From Chitinophaga pinensis (GTDB taxonomy: Bacteria; Bacteroidota; Bacteroidia; Chitinophagales; CAIOSU01), in the NCBI GenBank assembly GCA_945901065.1, contig CAMDKI010000004.1, positions 331,830-395,829 on the forward strand: 64,000 bases of DNA, read 5' to 3'. The notes under the pieces were generated by a model. It made no database searches and was not told where the DNA came from. It saw only the letters and a list, made by a program, of their open reading frames with translations. Below are positions 55,982-64,000 of this stretch, piece by piece (within the stretch, counting starts at the first letter, position 1; each line of letters opens with the position of its first letter). The position numbers and the translations under genes were made by a program.

Positions 55982-57079
55982 TTAAGCGTCGTAGCTGTAC
56001 ACTACCCTTTCGGTAAGTGGTTTGCTTTGACATGTAAGTACATAACCTTCCTCAATCTCACTATCCGATAACGATTCACGATCGGCCATAATTACTTGGC
56101 CCTCGGTTACTTTGGCTCGGCAAGTGCAACATGCGCCAATTTGGCATGCATATGGTGCATCAACCCCACCATCAAGTGCCGCCTCTAAAATGGAATCTTC
56201 CCCTCTATACTCAACATTATATTCGCTGCCATCCAATTGAAAAGTAAGACTGGCAGTTTTCAGTGGTGTATCAGATACTTTCATAGCATTATTAGTACTT
56301 TCGGCATGTCCACCTGCAATGCCTGGCTCAGTATTGGTGTGGCTGCTAAAAAATTCTTTGTGAATACGTTCAATGTTAACACCCCTTTGCATCAAAAGGT
56401 TTTCTATAAGCTCCATCATAGGCGATGGCCCGCAAACATAATAGAGTACATTAATAGCATCAGGCACATTGGCATCAAGCATTTCAACAGCTCGTTCTTT
56501 ACTAAACTTGCCTGAATAGCCATCCCAATTTCCAAGAGGCTCATCGAGCGTGTATACTACTTTAAACCTATTAGGGTGTTGTTGACTATAGCTATCAAAA
56601 AGCTCACGGAACATGATATGTTCTTCATTCCTGTTAGCATAAAGCAGGGTTATGTTGCTTGATGGCTCATCGGCAAGTAGGGCTTTAATTATTGCCAACA
56701 TAGGAGTTATGCCACTTCCACCAGCAAAAAGCACGTAGTGTTTTTGTTTAAATGGTTGTGCATCAACCGTAAACTTACCAAGTGGCGGCAATACTTTAAG
56801 CAATTGGCCAACCACGGCGTGATTGTTTAAATAAGACGACATCACCCCACCATCAACTTTTTTTACGCCAATTGATAGGGGCTCGTCTCTATGACTGCAT
56901 ATAGAATATGAGCGGCGAACTTTCTTACCATTTACATCCGCCTCAAGGGTAATGTACTGGCCGGGCTCAAACCTAAACTGCTCGAGTAAGTGCGGCGGAA
57001 TATCAAATGATATAACCTTTGCATGGCTAGTTTCCGTGCGAATTTGGCTTACACGGATGTCGTAAAGTTGTTGACTCAT
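55982..57079 (-). CDS. ferredoxin-NAD(P) reductase-type flavoprotein with C-terminal plant-type 2Fe-2S domain (PaaE/phthalate dioxygenase reductase-like)
   Basis: It has RRSYSICS (FAD), FAGGSGITPM (NAD(P)H) and a C-terminal CQIGACCTC...C cluster motif. No cognate oxygenase gene is adjacent. Confidence 0.85.
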   Translation of the reverse strand: MSQQLYDIRVSQIRTETSHAKVISFDIPPHLLEQFRFEPGQYITLEADVNGKKVRRSYSICSHRDEPLSIGVKKVDGGVMSSYLNNHAVVGQLLKVLPPLGKFTVDAQPFKQKHYVLFAGGSGITPMLAIIKALLADEPSSNITLLYANRNEEHIMFRELFDSYSQQHPNRFKVVYTLDEPLGNWDGYSGKFSKERAVEMLDANVPDAINVLYYVCGPSPMMELIENLLMQRGVNIERIHKEFFSSHTNTEPGIAGGHAESTNNAMKVSDTPLKTASLTFQLDGSEYNVEYRGEDSILEAALDGGVDAPYACQIGACCTCRAKVTEGQVIMADRESLSDSEIEEGYVLTCQSKPLTERVVYSYDA

Positions 57080-57161
57080 AAAATTTACTAAGACTTCTTA
57101 TTTAAGGCTCGTAAAGATAGGCAAAAGCCCTTTTTATTAGGAATGATACGGGTAAATAACA

Positions 57162-57389
57162 TCAATCAAGCTCTATTAATTTATTTCTGAGCCAAGTAAT
57201 GTCTGCAACATCCTGTTTAGCAGTAATGTCCAGTTTAAGCTTATCTGTCACTTTCTGCCCTGTGGCCTTATATTTGGAGAGTTTTACAATATGCTTTACC
57301 ATGTTCCGATAAAGACTTTTCTGGTATTCAGGCATTAGCTTGTTTCTTCTTAAGTAAAGCTTAAATGCATCCGCTTGCGATACCAGCAA
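57162..57389 (-). CDS. hypothetical 75-aa ORF (doubtful)
   Basis: An isolated helical ORF in a degenerate region. It overlaps the start of the pseudogene remnant on the other strand. Confidence 0.25.
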   Translation of the reverse strand: MLVSQADAFKLYLRRNKLMPEYQKSLYRNMVKHIVKLSKYKATGQKVTDKLKLDITAKQDVADITWLRNKLIELD

Positions 57390-57801
57390 ATCAAACTCAT
57401 TCAGCTCAAAATAGGTTTTTAGTAGAAGGCTTCTTAACCTTAACGAATAGCAATGTATTAGAAATTTCGGCCAACGGCACGGTTATCCTGTTGGATGTAT
57501 ATGGCGTTACTTTAGTAGCAAAACAAGATGGAGTAAGTATATTCGAGACAATTTTTGCTTTAAGTATAAAAGTATATCCTATTCCGGCTAAAGATATGGT
57601 GAATATTGTAGTTCCAAGCAACATAAAAGTAGAAGCTATTGAAGTATATAATGGATTGGCTGTGTATTGATAGAAACAAATAAAATCGACAAATTGAGTA
57701 CTTATAGTATAAATACAGAAGGTTACGTTTCTGGCTATTACCTATTGAGGATAAAAATCGAAAGTGGTAGGATAACCATGCGTTTCAGTATCTTAAAATA
57801 G
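57365..57801 (+). pseudogene. remnant of a secreted protein: T9SS C-terminal sorting domain broken by a frameshift, with the catalytic part missing
   Basis: Frame 2 reads ...VYPIPAKDMVNIVVPSNIKVEAIEVYNGLAVY then a stop at 57668. The sequence continues in another frame from 57667 as LIETNKIDKLSTYSINTEGYVSGYYLLRIKIESGRITMRFSILK with a stop at 57799-57801. Together these fit the YPNPA...IxIYNxxG...LxxGxYxxxI...K pattern of T9SS CTDs. Confidence 0.5.
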
Positions 57802-58022
57802 GGAAGATAAAAGGACGAGGTTTCAAGCCTTAGAGGGTACTCTTTTGGGTTCTTAGGGAGTTGATTTAGCAATCTATTGTCAGGGTTCAATTTTAGGTTC
57901 TATCTTATCATCAAATCCGGTGTTAAGTCTAAACTGATATGCAGCCACAAAGGCTAGAAATTACTTTTTAAGTGCGCATCGGGTACATGATAAACTGATA
58001 TTAACAGTGCCGGTACTTTTGC

Positions 58023-58030
58023 TACATTTG
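58023..58030 (+). promoter_or_regulatory. candidate -7 box TACATTTG for the sulfotransferase gene
   Basis: Exact TAnnTTTG match, 18 nt upstream of the ATG at 58049. Confidence 0.35.
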
Positions 58031-58048
58031 TAGTACATTTTGCATACT

Positions 58049-58903
58049 ATGAAGGGTAAAGTCGTTTTTATATTAGGATGCACGCCACGCAGCTCAACTA
58101 CCGCTACCATGAAGGCATTGAGTGCGCACACCCAACTGCATGCCCCTTCTATGGCCGATTTGTTGCTGCCAAAAGCGCCAAAAATAGTACGAAGTGGTTT
58201 CGAATGGATAGCACCTATAGTGCAGCCATACTTTGATAGCCGTTGGAACCCTGCCATACATGCTACAGGTTTCAACAAACGAGAGGCTTTCGATATTGCC
58301 GTGATGCGCAAGTTTCAAGGCGAAGGAGTGATGGGCCACACCTACTATGGATTGCTTAACGGTAAAACAACTCCAACCTTTAATACACAGCACCTCGATT
58401 TTTTGGAGCAGATAGTAAAGCGCGCGCAAAGTGAAAACCCTAAACAAATACCGCTTTTAAAATACTTTGGGGGTATCTTTCATCTTGGTGAGCTCAAGGA
58501 TCGGTTTCCGGATGCTAAATTCATTTTCTTGCAGCGAAACCCCGAAAAGGCATTCACCTCATACGTTACATTGTTAGGCAATGCCTTAAAAAACGAAAAA
58601 CTACCCGAGACATACTGGGCAGGGGTTTACCAGATGGTTGTATCTGCCTATGCTTTAGCACAACAGGTGCAATCTTATACGGATATCTTATCACTTAAGA
58701 GCGAAGAAGTATCTGCGGATATGGAAAAGCATGTAAGGCTAATGCTTGATTATATCGGGTTGCCCTTTGAAGGCCAACAAGCGCTTCAAGAAGCGTTACA
58801 ACAGCTAAAATTGAAATGGCAGGAAAGGAGCGAAAAAGGTATGGGATATACCTATACCGATAAAATAGCGAAAGCGTTATTTAAAGCAGAAGACTTTCAA
58901 TAG
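58049..58903 (+). CDS. sulfotransferase family protein (PAPS-dependent fold)
   Basis: The start is taken at ATG 58049 (MKGKVVFILG). It has a 5'-phosphosulfate-binding loop GCTPRSSTT and a 3'-phosphate motif LQRNPEKAFTS. Confidence 0.8.
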   Translation: MKGKVVFILGCTPRSSTTATMKALSAHTQLHAPSMADLLLPKAPKIVRSGFEWIAPIVQPYFDSRWNPAIHATGFNKREAFDIAVMRKFQGEGVMGHTYYGLLNGKTTPTFNTQHLDFLEQIVKRAQSENPKQIPLLKYFGGIFHLGELKDRFPDAKFIFLQRNPEKAFTSYVTLLGNALKNEKLPETYWAGVYQMVVSAYALAQQVQSYTDILSLKSEEVSADMEKHVRLMLDYIGLPFEGQQALQEALQQLKLKWQERSEKGMGYTYTDKIAKALFKAEDFQ

Positions 58904-59896
58904 CTAAACTAGTAACACATTACCATTAATGGTAAGCAAAACACCACCCGACTTACCACCCATGCCAAATGCCCCGAGCAAGAAATGTTTGGTGCCCTTT
59001 GGCGCTAAACTGTTTTGCAATACATCATACAGGCCCAAGAACACACTAACAGCTGCAGTGTTGCCAATGGTTTGTATGCCTTTTACATAAAACTGCGAAT
59101 CGGGAATGTTATTTGTCTCCTGCATTTTTCTCAAAATGCGCAGGTTAGCTTGGTGAGGAATAAAATAAGTGTTCTCCTCTAATACTTCCATTTCTGCAGC
59201 ATCCAATATGGTTCTATATACCTTGGCATCGGTGGCAAAACGATAAATCTCTCTGCCATCCATTTGTAAGCAAGGCTTTTCGCCTTTAAATGGATTGCCA
59301 ACACGCAAGCCACTAGTAGCTTTTAACGTCCTCACTAAAGGGCGTTTAATGGAAAATCCCGTTTTTTCGTCTTCAAAATTCACTTTTAATAACGCTACAG
59401 CTATACCATCGCTAAACAGCTGACCTGTTGCCGCATCGCCAGAGAGCATTACGTTAGGGGTTTCAGAAACTACTGCCAAGTAATAAGGTTGTTCAGGTGT
59501 GCAGTAGTGTATGGCATACATATACGCCGATGCTAACACCTCGATACCTGCCACACAGCCGAACCCAGCTGCTGTAGTTATTTTATCGGTAAACTCTTTG
59601 TAATAGCCGGCAATGCCCATTTCAATACCTGGTACCAAATTGTGGTCAGGTTGTGTGCTAGTGCTCCAGCCAACCACTTGTGCCATATCCACATGGCTGG
59701 CTGCCAAAATGCGGACAATCATATCAGCTGCAATAGCTGATAAATCCGTTGTGAGCGGAAACTTATAAAGGGCGGTTATGCCCGTGGCTTTGGTTACTTG
59801 GGACTCTGTAGTGTCAAATTGCTTTGCAACATCAGCTAAGCTAATTACCTGCTCTCCTACCCTTGCCGATAGCGCTACTAACGAAACACCAACCAT
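58904..59896 (-). CDS. 3-oxoacyl-ACP synthase III (FabH/KAS III) family protein, divergent
   Basis: 330 aa with Cys-His-Asn triad contexts GFGCVAG, IPHQANLRI and IGNTAAVS. The sequence around the Cys differs from the usual AAC(S/A)GF of housekeeping FabH. Confidence 0.85.
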   Translation of the reverse strand: MVGVSLVALSARVGEQVISLADVAKQFDTTESQVTKATGITALYKFPLTTDLSAIAADMIVRILAASHVDMAQVVGWSTSTQPDHNLVPGIEMGIAGYYKEFTDKITTAAGFGCVAGIEVLASAYMYAIHYCTPEQPYYLAVVSETPNVMLSGDAATGQLFSDGIAVALLKVNFEDEKTGFSIKRPLVRTLKATSGLRVGNPFKGEKPCLQMDGREIYRFATDAKVYRTILDAAEMEVLEENTYFIPHQANLRILRKMQETNNIPDSQFYVKGIQTIGNTAAVSVFLGLYDVLQNSLAPKGTKHFLLGAFGMGGKSGGVLLTINGNVLLV

Positions 59897-60000
59897 TAAG
59901 CCTCATTTATTTGTTGCAGCAAAGTAAGCTATAAATTGGGCGGCAGTCAATTATTTATAAGTTGCAACCCAAACTTTAAGCAAACAACATTTTACAGTAA

Positions 60001-61278
60001 TTAAATAATCATAGCCGCTCCAACGGTTACATTAGTAGCTTCATCTATAATGATGAGGCTACCTGTATTTCGGTTGCGTCGGTACGAATCATAAAACAAC
60101 GGCGTAGTTGTGCGGATGCTTATACGCGCAATGTCATTTAGGCCAATGCTAGAATCTTCTTCGTTGCGATGCAGGGTGTTAATATTGAGCTTATATTTTA
60201 CTTCTTTAATCACGCATCTTGCATTGCGGGTAGTGTGTTTTATGGAATATTTACCACCAAGTTGCAATGGCTTGTCAGTCAACCAACATACCATTACTTC
60301 TAAATCTTGACCGCTAGTAGGTAAGTTATTTTCGCGTACAATCATATCGCCACGGCTAATATCTATCTCATCCTCTAGCGTAATAGTAACAGACATTGGC
60401 GCAAAAGCTTCATTTAAGCTACCATCGTAAGTATCAATACTCTTAATGCGGGTAGTAAAACCAGACGGCAAAGCCATTACTTTATCTCCCTTTTTAAATA
60501 CGCCACCAGCTATACGACCTGCATAACCACGATAGTCGTGGTATTCGCTTGACTGCGGACGGATAACATACTGCACCGGGAAACGACAATCGATATGATT
60601 AGAGTCGCTGGCAATGTGCACAGTTTCTAGTAGATACAATAAAGTAGGGCCCTCGTACCAAGGGGTCTTGGTTGAGCGATCGACCACGTTATCGCCCATC
60701 AAAGCACTAATAGGTATAAAACGAACATCCTTTACATCAAGTTTAGAGGCAAATTTGCGGAAGTCATTCTCAATGTCTTCAAATACCTTCTTGTCGAAGT
60801 TTACCAAATCCATTTTGTTTACACAAATTACTACATGCGGTATTTGCAGTAATGAAGCAATAATGGCATGGCGACGGGTTTGCTCCGCTACGCCGTGGCG
60901 GGCATCTACCAATATTAAAGCCAAATTAGCACTCGATGCACCAGTAACCATATTTCGGGTGTACTGTATGTGCCCAGGAGTATCAGCAATTATAAACTTA
61001 CGGCGAGGTGTTGAAAAGTAGCGGTATGCCACGTCAATAGTAATACCTTGTTCACGCTCGGCACGCAAACCATCGGTAAGTAAAGCAAGGTTTACATACT
61101 CCTCCCCTTTCTGCTCGCTGGTTTTACGGATGGCTTCGTATTGGTCTTCGTAAATAGATTTGCTATCGTAAAGCAAGCGGCCAATAAGGGTACTTTTACC
61201 ATCATCAACGCTGCCTGCCGTGGTAAAGCGCATCAACTCCATATTTAGGTATTCGGCACTATCGAATGTATCTTCCAT
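60001..61278 (-). CDS. cysN: sulfate adenylyltransferase subunit 1 (GTPase)
   Basis: 425 aa with G1 GSVDDGKST, DTPGH and NKMD motifs. No APS kinase domain is fused to it. Confidence 0.92.
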   Translation of the reverse strand: MEDTFDSAEYLNMELMRFTTAGSVDDGKSTLIGRLLYDSKSIYEDQYEAIRKTSEQKGEEYVNLALLTDGLRAEREQGITIDVAYRYFSTPRRKFIIADTPGHIQYTRNMVTGASSANLALILVDARHGVAEQTRRHAIIASLLQIPHVVICVNKMDLVNFDKKVFEDIENDFRKFASKLDVKDVRFIPISALMGDNVVDRSTKTPWYEGPTLLYLLETVHIASDSNHIDCRFPVQYVIRPQSSEYHDYRGYAGRIAGGVFKKGDKVMALPSGFTTRIKSIDTYDGSLNEAFAPMSVTITLEDEIDISRGDMIVRENNLPTSGQDLEVMVCWLTDKPLQLGGKYSIKHTTRNARCVIKEVKYKLNINTLHRNEEDSSIGLNDIARISIRTTTPLFYDSYRRNRNTGSLIIIDEATNVTVGAAMII

Positions 61279-61367
61279 TATCGATGATTCTATATTAATT
61301 GCGCTGGTAGCGCAGATTATTCCTTACTTATTATTCAATCGTATTTCGTAAATCGTAATTCTTAAAT

Positions 61368-62270
61368 TTAAAAGTATCCAGCCTTTTTGCGGTCTTCCAT
61401 AGCAGTCTCACTTCGCTTGTCATCTGAACGACCTCCACGCTCTGTAACACGGCTAGATGCTACTTCTTGGATAATTTCTTCCAAAGTTCCAGCCTCTGAC
61501 AAAGTCGCACCAGTGCAAGTGGCATCTCCAATAGTACGGAAACGCACTATTTTATCAACTAATACCTCAGTATCCTTGCGTTCCATAAATTCCGTTTCGG
61601 CGTACCATACATCGTCGCGCAAAAATACGCTGCGCTTATGAGAGAAATACAGATTTGGCAATTTGATTCCTTCCATGTGAATGTATTGCCAAACGTCCAA
61701 TTCAGTCCAATTGCTTATTGGGAATACCCTGAAGTGCTCACCAAAGCCTTTGCGGGCATTAAAAATGTTCCATAGCTCTGGGCGTTGGTTTTTTGGGTCC
61801 CATTGGCCAAACTCATCGCGGTGAGAGAAGAAACGTTCTTTGGCACGAGCCTTTTCCTCATCTCTGCGAGCGCCGCCCATAGCTGCATCAATCTTATTGG
61901 CTTCTATTGTTTCTAGCAAGGTTAAGGTTTGCAAACCGTTGCGGCTCGCATTAATACCCTTCTCTTCAGTCGATCTGCCGGCATTAATGGCATCTTGCAC
62001 TGAGCCAACTATTAACCTAGCGCCAATTTCTTCAACCAACTCATCTCGAAAAGTAATAGTTTCTTCAAAGTTATGGCCAGTATCAATGTGCACTAATGGG
62101 AAAGGAATTTTGGCAGGAAAAAAAGCTTTGCGGGCCAGGTGAGTCAACAAAATTGAGTCTTTGCCTCCTGAAAAAAGAATTGCCGGGTTTTGGAACTCAG
62201 CAGCAACCTCACGGATAACGTATATTGATTCCGCTTCTAGTTCCTTCAGGTGATTCAAATTATAATCCAT
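61368..62270 (-). CDS. cysD: sulfate adenylyltransferase subunit 2
   Basis: 300 aa with a PAPS-reductase-like ATP pyrophosphatase fold (FSGGKDS) and the CysD-typical C-terminus. Confidence 0.93.
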   Translation of the reverse strand: MDYNLNHLKELEAESIYVIREVAAEFQNPAILFSGGKDSILLTHLARKAFFPAKIPFPLVHIDTGHNFEETITFRDELVEEIGARLIVGSVQDAINAGRSTEEKGINASRNGLQTLTLLETIEANKIDAAMGGARRDEEKARAKERFFSHRDEFGQWDPKNQRPELWNIFNARKGFGEHFRVFPISNWTELDVWQYIHMEGIKLPNLYFSHKRSVFLRDDVWYAETEFMERKDTEVLVDKIVRFRTIGDATCTGATLSEAGTLEEIIQEVASSRVTERGGRSDDKRSETAMEDRKKAGYF

Positions 62271-62271
62271 A

Positions 62272-62883
62272 TCAGTTCTTTGCTTCTATTTTAGGTAATA
62301 ACAATGCAACCACCGCCTGAACACTTTCGGCAATGGTCATCCTGTCTGTAGCTATTTCTAGGTTGGCATTGGTAGGTGCCTCAAAAGGTGCGTCTAACCC
62401 AGTAAAATTCTTGATTTGGCCAGCCCGGGCCTTTTTGTACAATCCTTTTACATCGCGGTCTTCGCAAACGGCAAAAGGAGCATTTACATATATTTCAATA
62501 AAGTCTTCGGTGCCAATAATGTCGCGGGCCAAAATGCGAATATCCTCAGTTGGGCTCACAAAACAGTTAAGGGTAATAATGCCTGTATTGATATATAACT
62601 TGGTAACTTCCGCTATACGGCGAATATTTTCCAATCTATCTTGTTCGCTAAATCCAAGGTTGTTATTAATGCCGCTACGAATATTGTCGCCATCTAATAC
62701 TTGGGTAAGGTAACCACGGTTGTGCAACTCGCGCTCAACGCCTTTGGCTATGGTTGTTTTGCCGGAGCCCGAAAGCCCAGTAAACCATACGCAAAAAGCA
62801 TGCTGCTTAAGCAATTGCTCTTTATCGGCGCGGTTCAACAACTGGTCGAAAGTGGTGTGAATATTTTCGGGCACTTGGCTCAT
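62272..62883 (-). CDS. cysC: adenylylsulfate (APS) kinase
   Basis: 203 aa with P-loop FTGLSGSGKTT and the LDGDNIR motif. Confidence 0.92.
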   Translation of the reverse strand: MSQVPENIHTTFDQLLNRADKEQLLKQHAFCVWFTGLSGSGKTTIAKGVERELHNRGYLTQVLDGDNIRSGINNNLGFSEQDRLENIRRIAEVTKLYINTGIITLNCFVSPTEDIRILARDIIGTEDFIEIYVNAPFAVCEDRDVKGLYKKARAGQIKNFTGLDAPFEAPTNANLEIATDRMTIAESVQAVVALLLPKIEAKN

Positions 62884-62890
62884 CGAGAGG

Positions 62891-62898
62891 CAAAGTTA
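62891..62898 (-). promoter_or_regulatory. candidate -7 box TAACTTTG 7 nt upstream of the cysC ATG
   Basis: The minus strand reads taactttgcctctcgATG, an exact TAnnTTTG match. Confidence 0.4.
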
Positions 62899-62967
62899 TA
62901 CTTTTCACTACTACTCGACAAACTTGGTAGGGTTTTAGTTACAAACAGCTAACTATTTGAAATGGTA

Positions 62968-64000
62968 TTAACCGTTTCCGTTCGTTAATTCTTTGATGTC
63001 GCTCATTATTTTGGTTGCCAATGTTCGCGCAGTAGTTTCATTGGCACTCTCTGCATAAATACGAATAATAGGCTCTGTATTCGATTTGCGGAGGTGAACC
63101 CAATTATCGTCAAATTCAATTTTAACCCCATCTACAGTGTTCACCGGCTGCTTTTTATACTTCTTGTGGATATATTTCAATACCTCATCCACATTAATTT
63201 CCGGCGACAACTGAATCTTATTTTTGCTCATATAGTAGTTGGGATACTGTGAGCGCAATACCGAAACTGACTTGCCGAATTTAGCCAAATGCGTAAGAAA
63301 CAATGCAATACCCACCAACGCATCACGGCCATAGTGCAACTCGGGTACAATAATACCTCCGTTGCCTTCGCCACCTATTACGGCATTCACCTCTTTCATT
63401 TTGGTCACAACGTTAACCTCGCCAACGGCAGTTCCAAAATGTTCTCCCCCGCGTTTAATGGTTACGTCTTTCAATGCTTTGGTTGAGGAGAGATTGCTTA
63501 CGGTATTGCCAGGTTTATTTTGTAGCACATAATCGGCAATGGCTACTAAAGTATATTCTTCGCCAAAACAATTGCCATCATCGTTTACAAACACCAAACG
63601 GTCTACATCGGGGTCAACGGCAATGCCTATATCAGCACTGGTTGTCTTTACTTCGCTAATTAATGCAATAAGGTTCTCAGGAAGCGGTTCAGGGTTGTGT
63701 GAAAACAAACCATCTGGTTCACAAGAAATTTCAACTATATTTTCAACTCCAAGTGCACGCAATAGCATAGGTACAGCAATGCCCCCAGTGCTATTTACCG
63801 CATCAACTACCACTTTAAATCCTTTTGATCTAATGGCCGTTACATCAACCAATGGCAATGCTAATATTTGCTGTATGTGCCATGCAATGTAGTCGTCCTT
63901 AGTACTGTAGGTACCCAGTTTGCCTACTTCGGCAAAATTGAAATCCCCTTTCTCAGCCAGCTTAAGCACGAGTTCCCCATCTGCTTCAGAAATAAACTCC
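62968..64000 (-). CDS. glmM: phosphoglucosamine mutase / phosphohexomutase family protein, C-terminal part (5' end outside window)
   Basis: The frame stays open to the window edge. It contains DPDVDRL, GGEGNGGII and TEPIIRIYAE motifs of alpha-D-phosphohexomutases. Confidence 0.75.
   Translation of the reverse strand, partial: EFISEADGELVLKLAEKGDFNFAEVGKLGTYSTKDDYIAWHIQQILALPLVDVTAIRSKGFKVVVDAVNSTGGIAVPMLLRALGVENIVEISCEPDGLFSHNPEPLPENLIALISEVKTTSADIGIAVDPDVDRLVFVNDDGNCFGEEYTLVAIADYVLQNKPGNTVSNLSSTKALKDVTIKRGGEHFGTAVGEVNVVTKMKEVNAVIGGEGNGGIIVPELHYGRDALVGIALFLTHLAKFGKSVSVLRSQYPNYYMSKNKIQLSPEINVDEVLKYIHKKYKKQPVNTVDGVKIEFDDNWVHLRKSNTEPIIRIYAESANETTARTLATKIMSDIKELTNGNG

Noticed and set aside
57162-57389. 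Possible N-terminal fragment of a tyrosine recombinase (SAM-like domain) marking a mobile element
   Set aside because: There is only a vague helical resemblance. No catalytic integrase domain, att-like repeats or tRNA target is nearby, so no mobile element is called.

Overview
All calls below rest on motifs read by eye in the supplied translations and on manual inspection of intergenic DNA; no homology search, RNA folding or statistics could be run. The window looks like a densely packed chromosomal segment of a Bacteroidota-type genome. Three things point that way: a remnant of a T9SS C-terminal sorting domain, recurrent TAnnTTTG -7 promoter boxes, and many lipoprotein or secreted proteins. 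I count about 55 protein-coding genes on both strands, mostly housekeeping. They are: cysteine desulfurase (partial), ppk1-ppx, a 2-oxoacid dehydrogenase E2, folC, an exbB/TonB-like pair, gyrA, two ABC-F ATPases, an Fe-S (6-4)-photolyase-like gene, recN, aroB-aroA, a sirtuin overlapping a Nudix gene, dinB plus a short second Pol III alpha (dnaE2-like), hisB-hisH-hisA, corA, mscS, lipB, mpl, an ECF sigma factor, terC, fbp, and cysC-cysD-cysN next to a FabH-like ketosynthase and a sulfotransferase. I recognised no rRNA, tRNA, CRISPR array, transposase or integrase. The items most worth a second look are:

- The PAPS-supply operon joined to a divergent KAS III gene and a convergent sulfotransferase, which is a candidate sulfated-metabolite pathway.
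- A 110-bp tandem repeat locus enclosed by two terminators, carrying a conserved 17-codon micro-ORF.
- A recurring class of 7-bp-periodic tracts that occur as inverted pairs in intergenic DNA. One pair brackets the photolyase-like gene, and one of its units is split exactly by a 20-bp GC palindrome.
- A voltage-sensor-domain-only membrane protein.
- An M1 peptidase fused to a C-terminal beta-barrel-like domain.
- A secreted protein with a caspase-like His/Cys pattern.
- Several apparently leaderless promoters.
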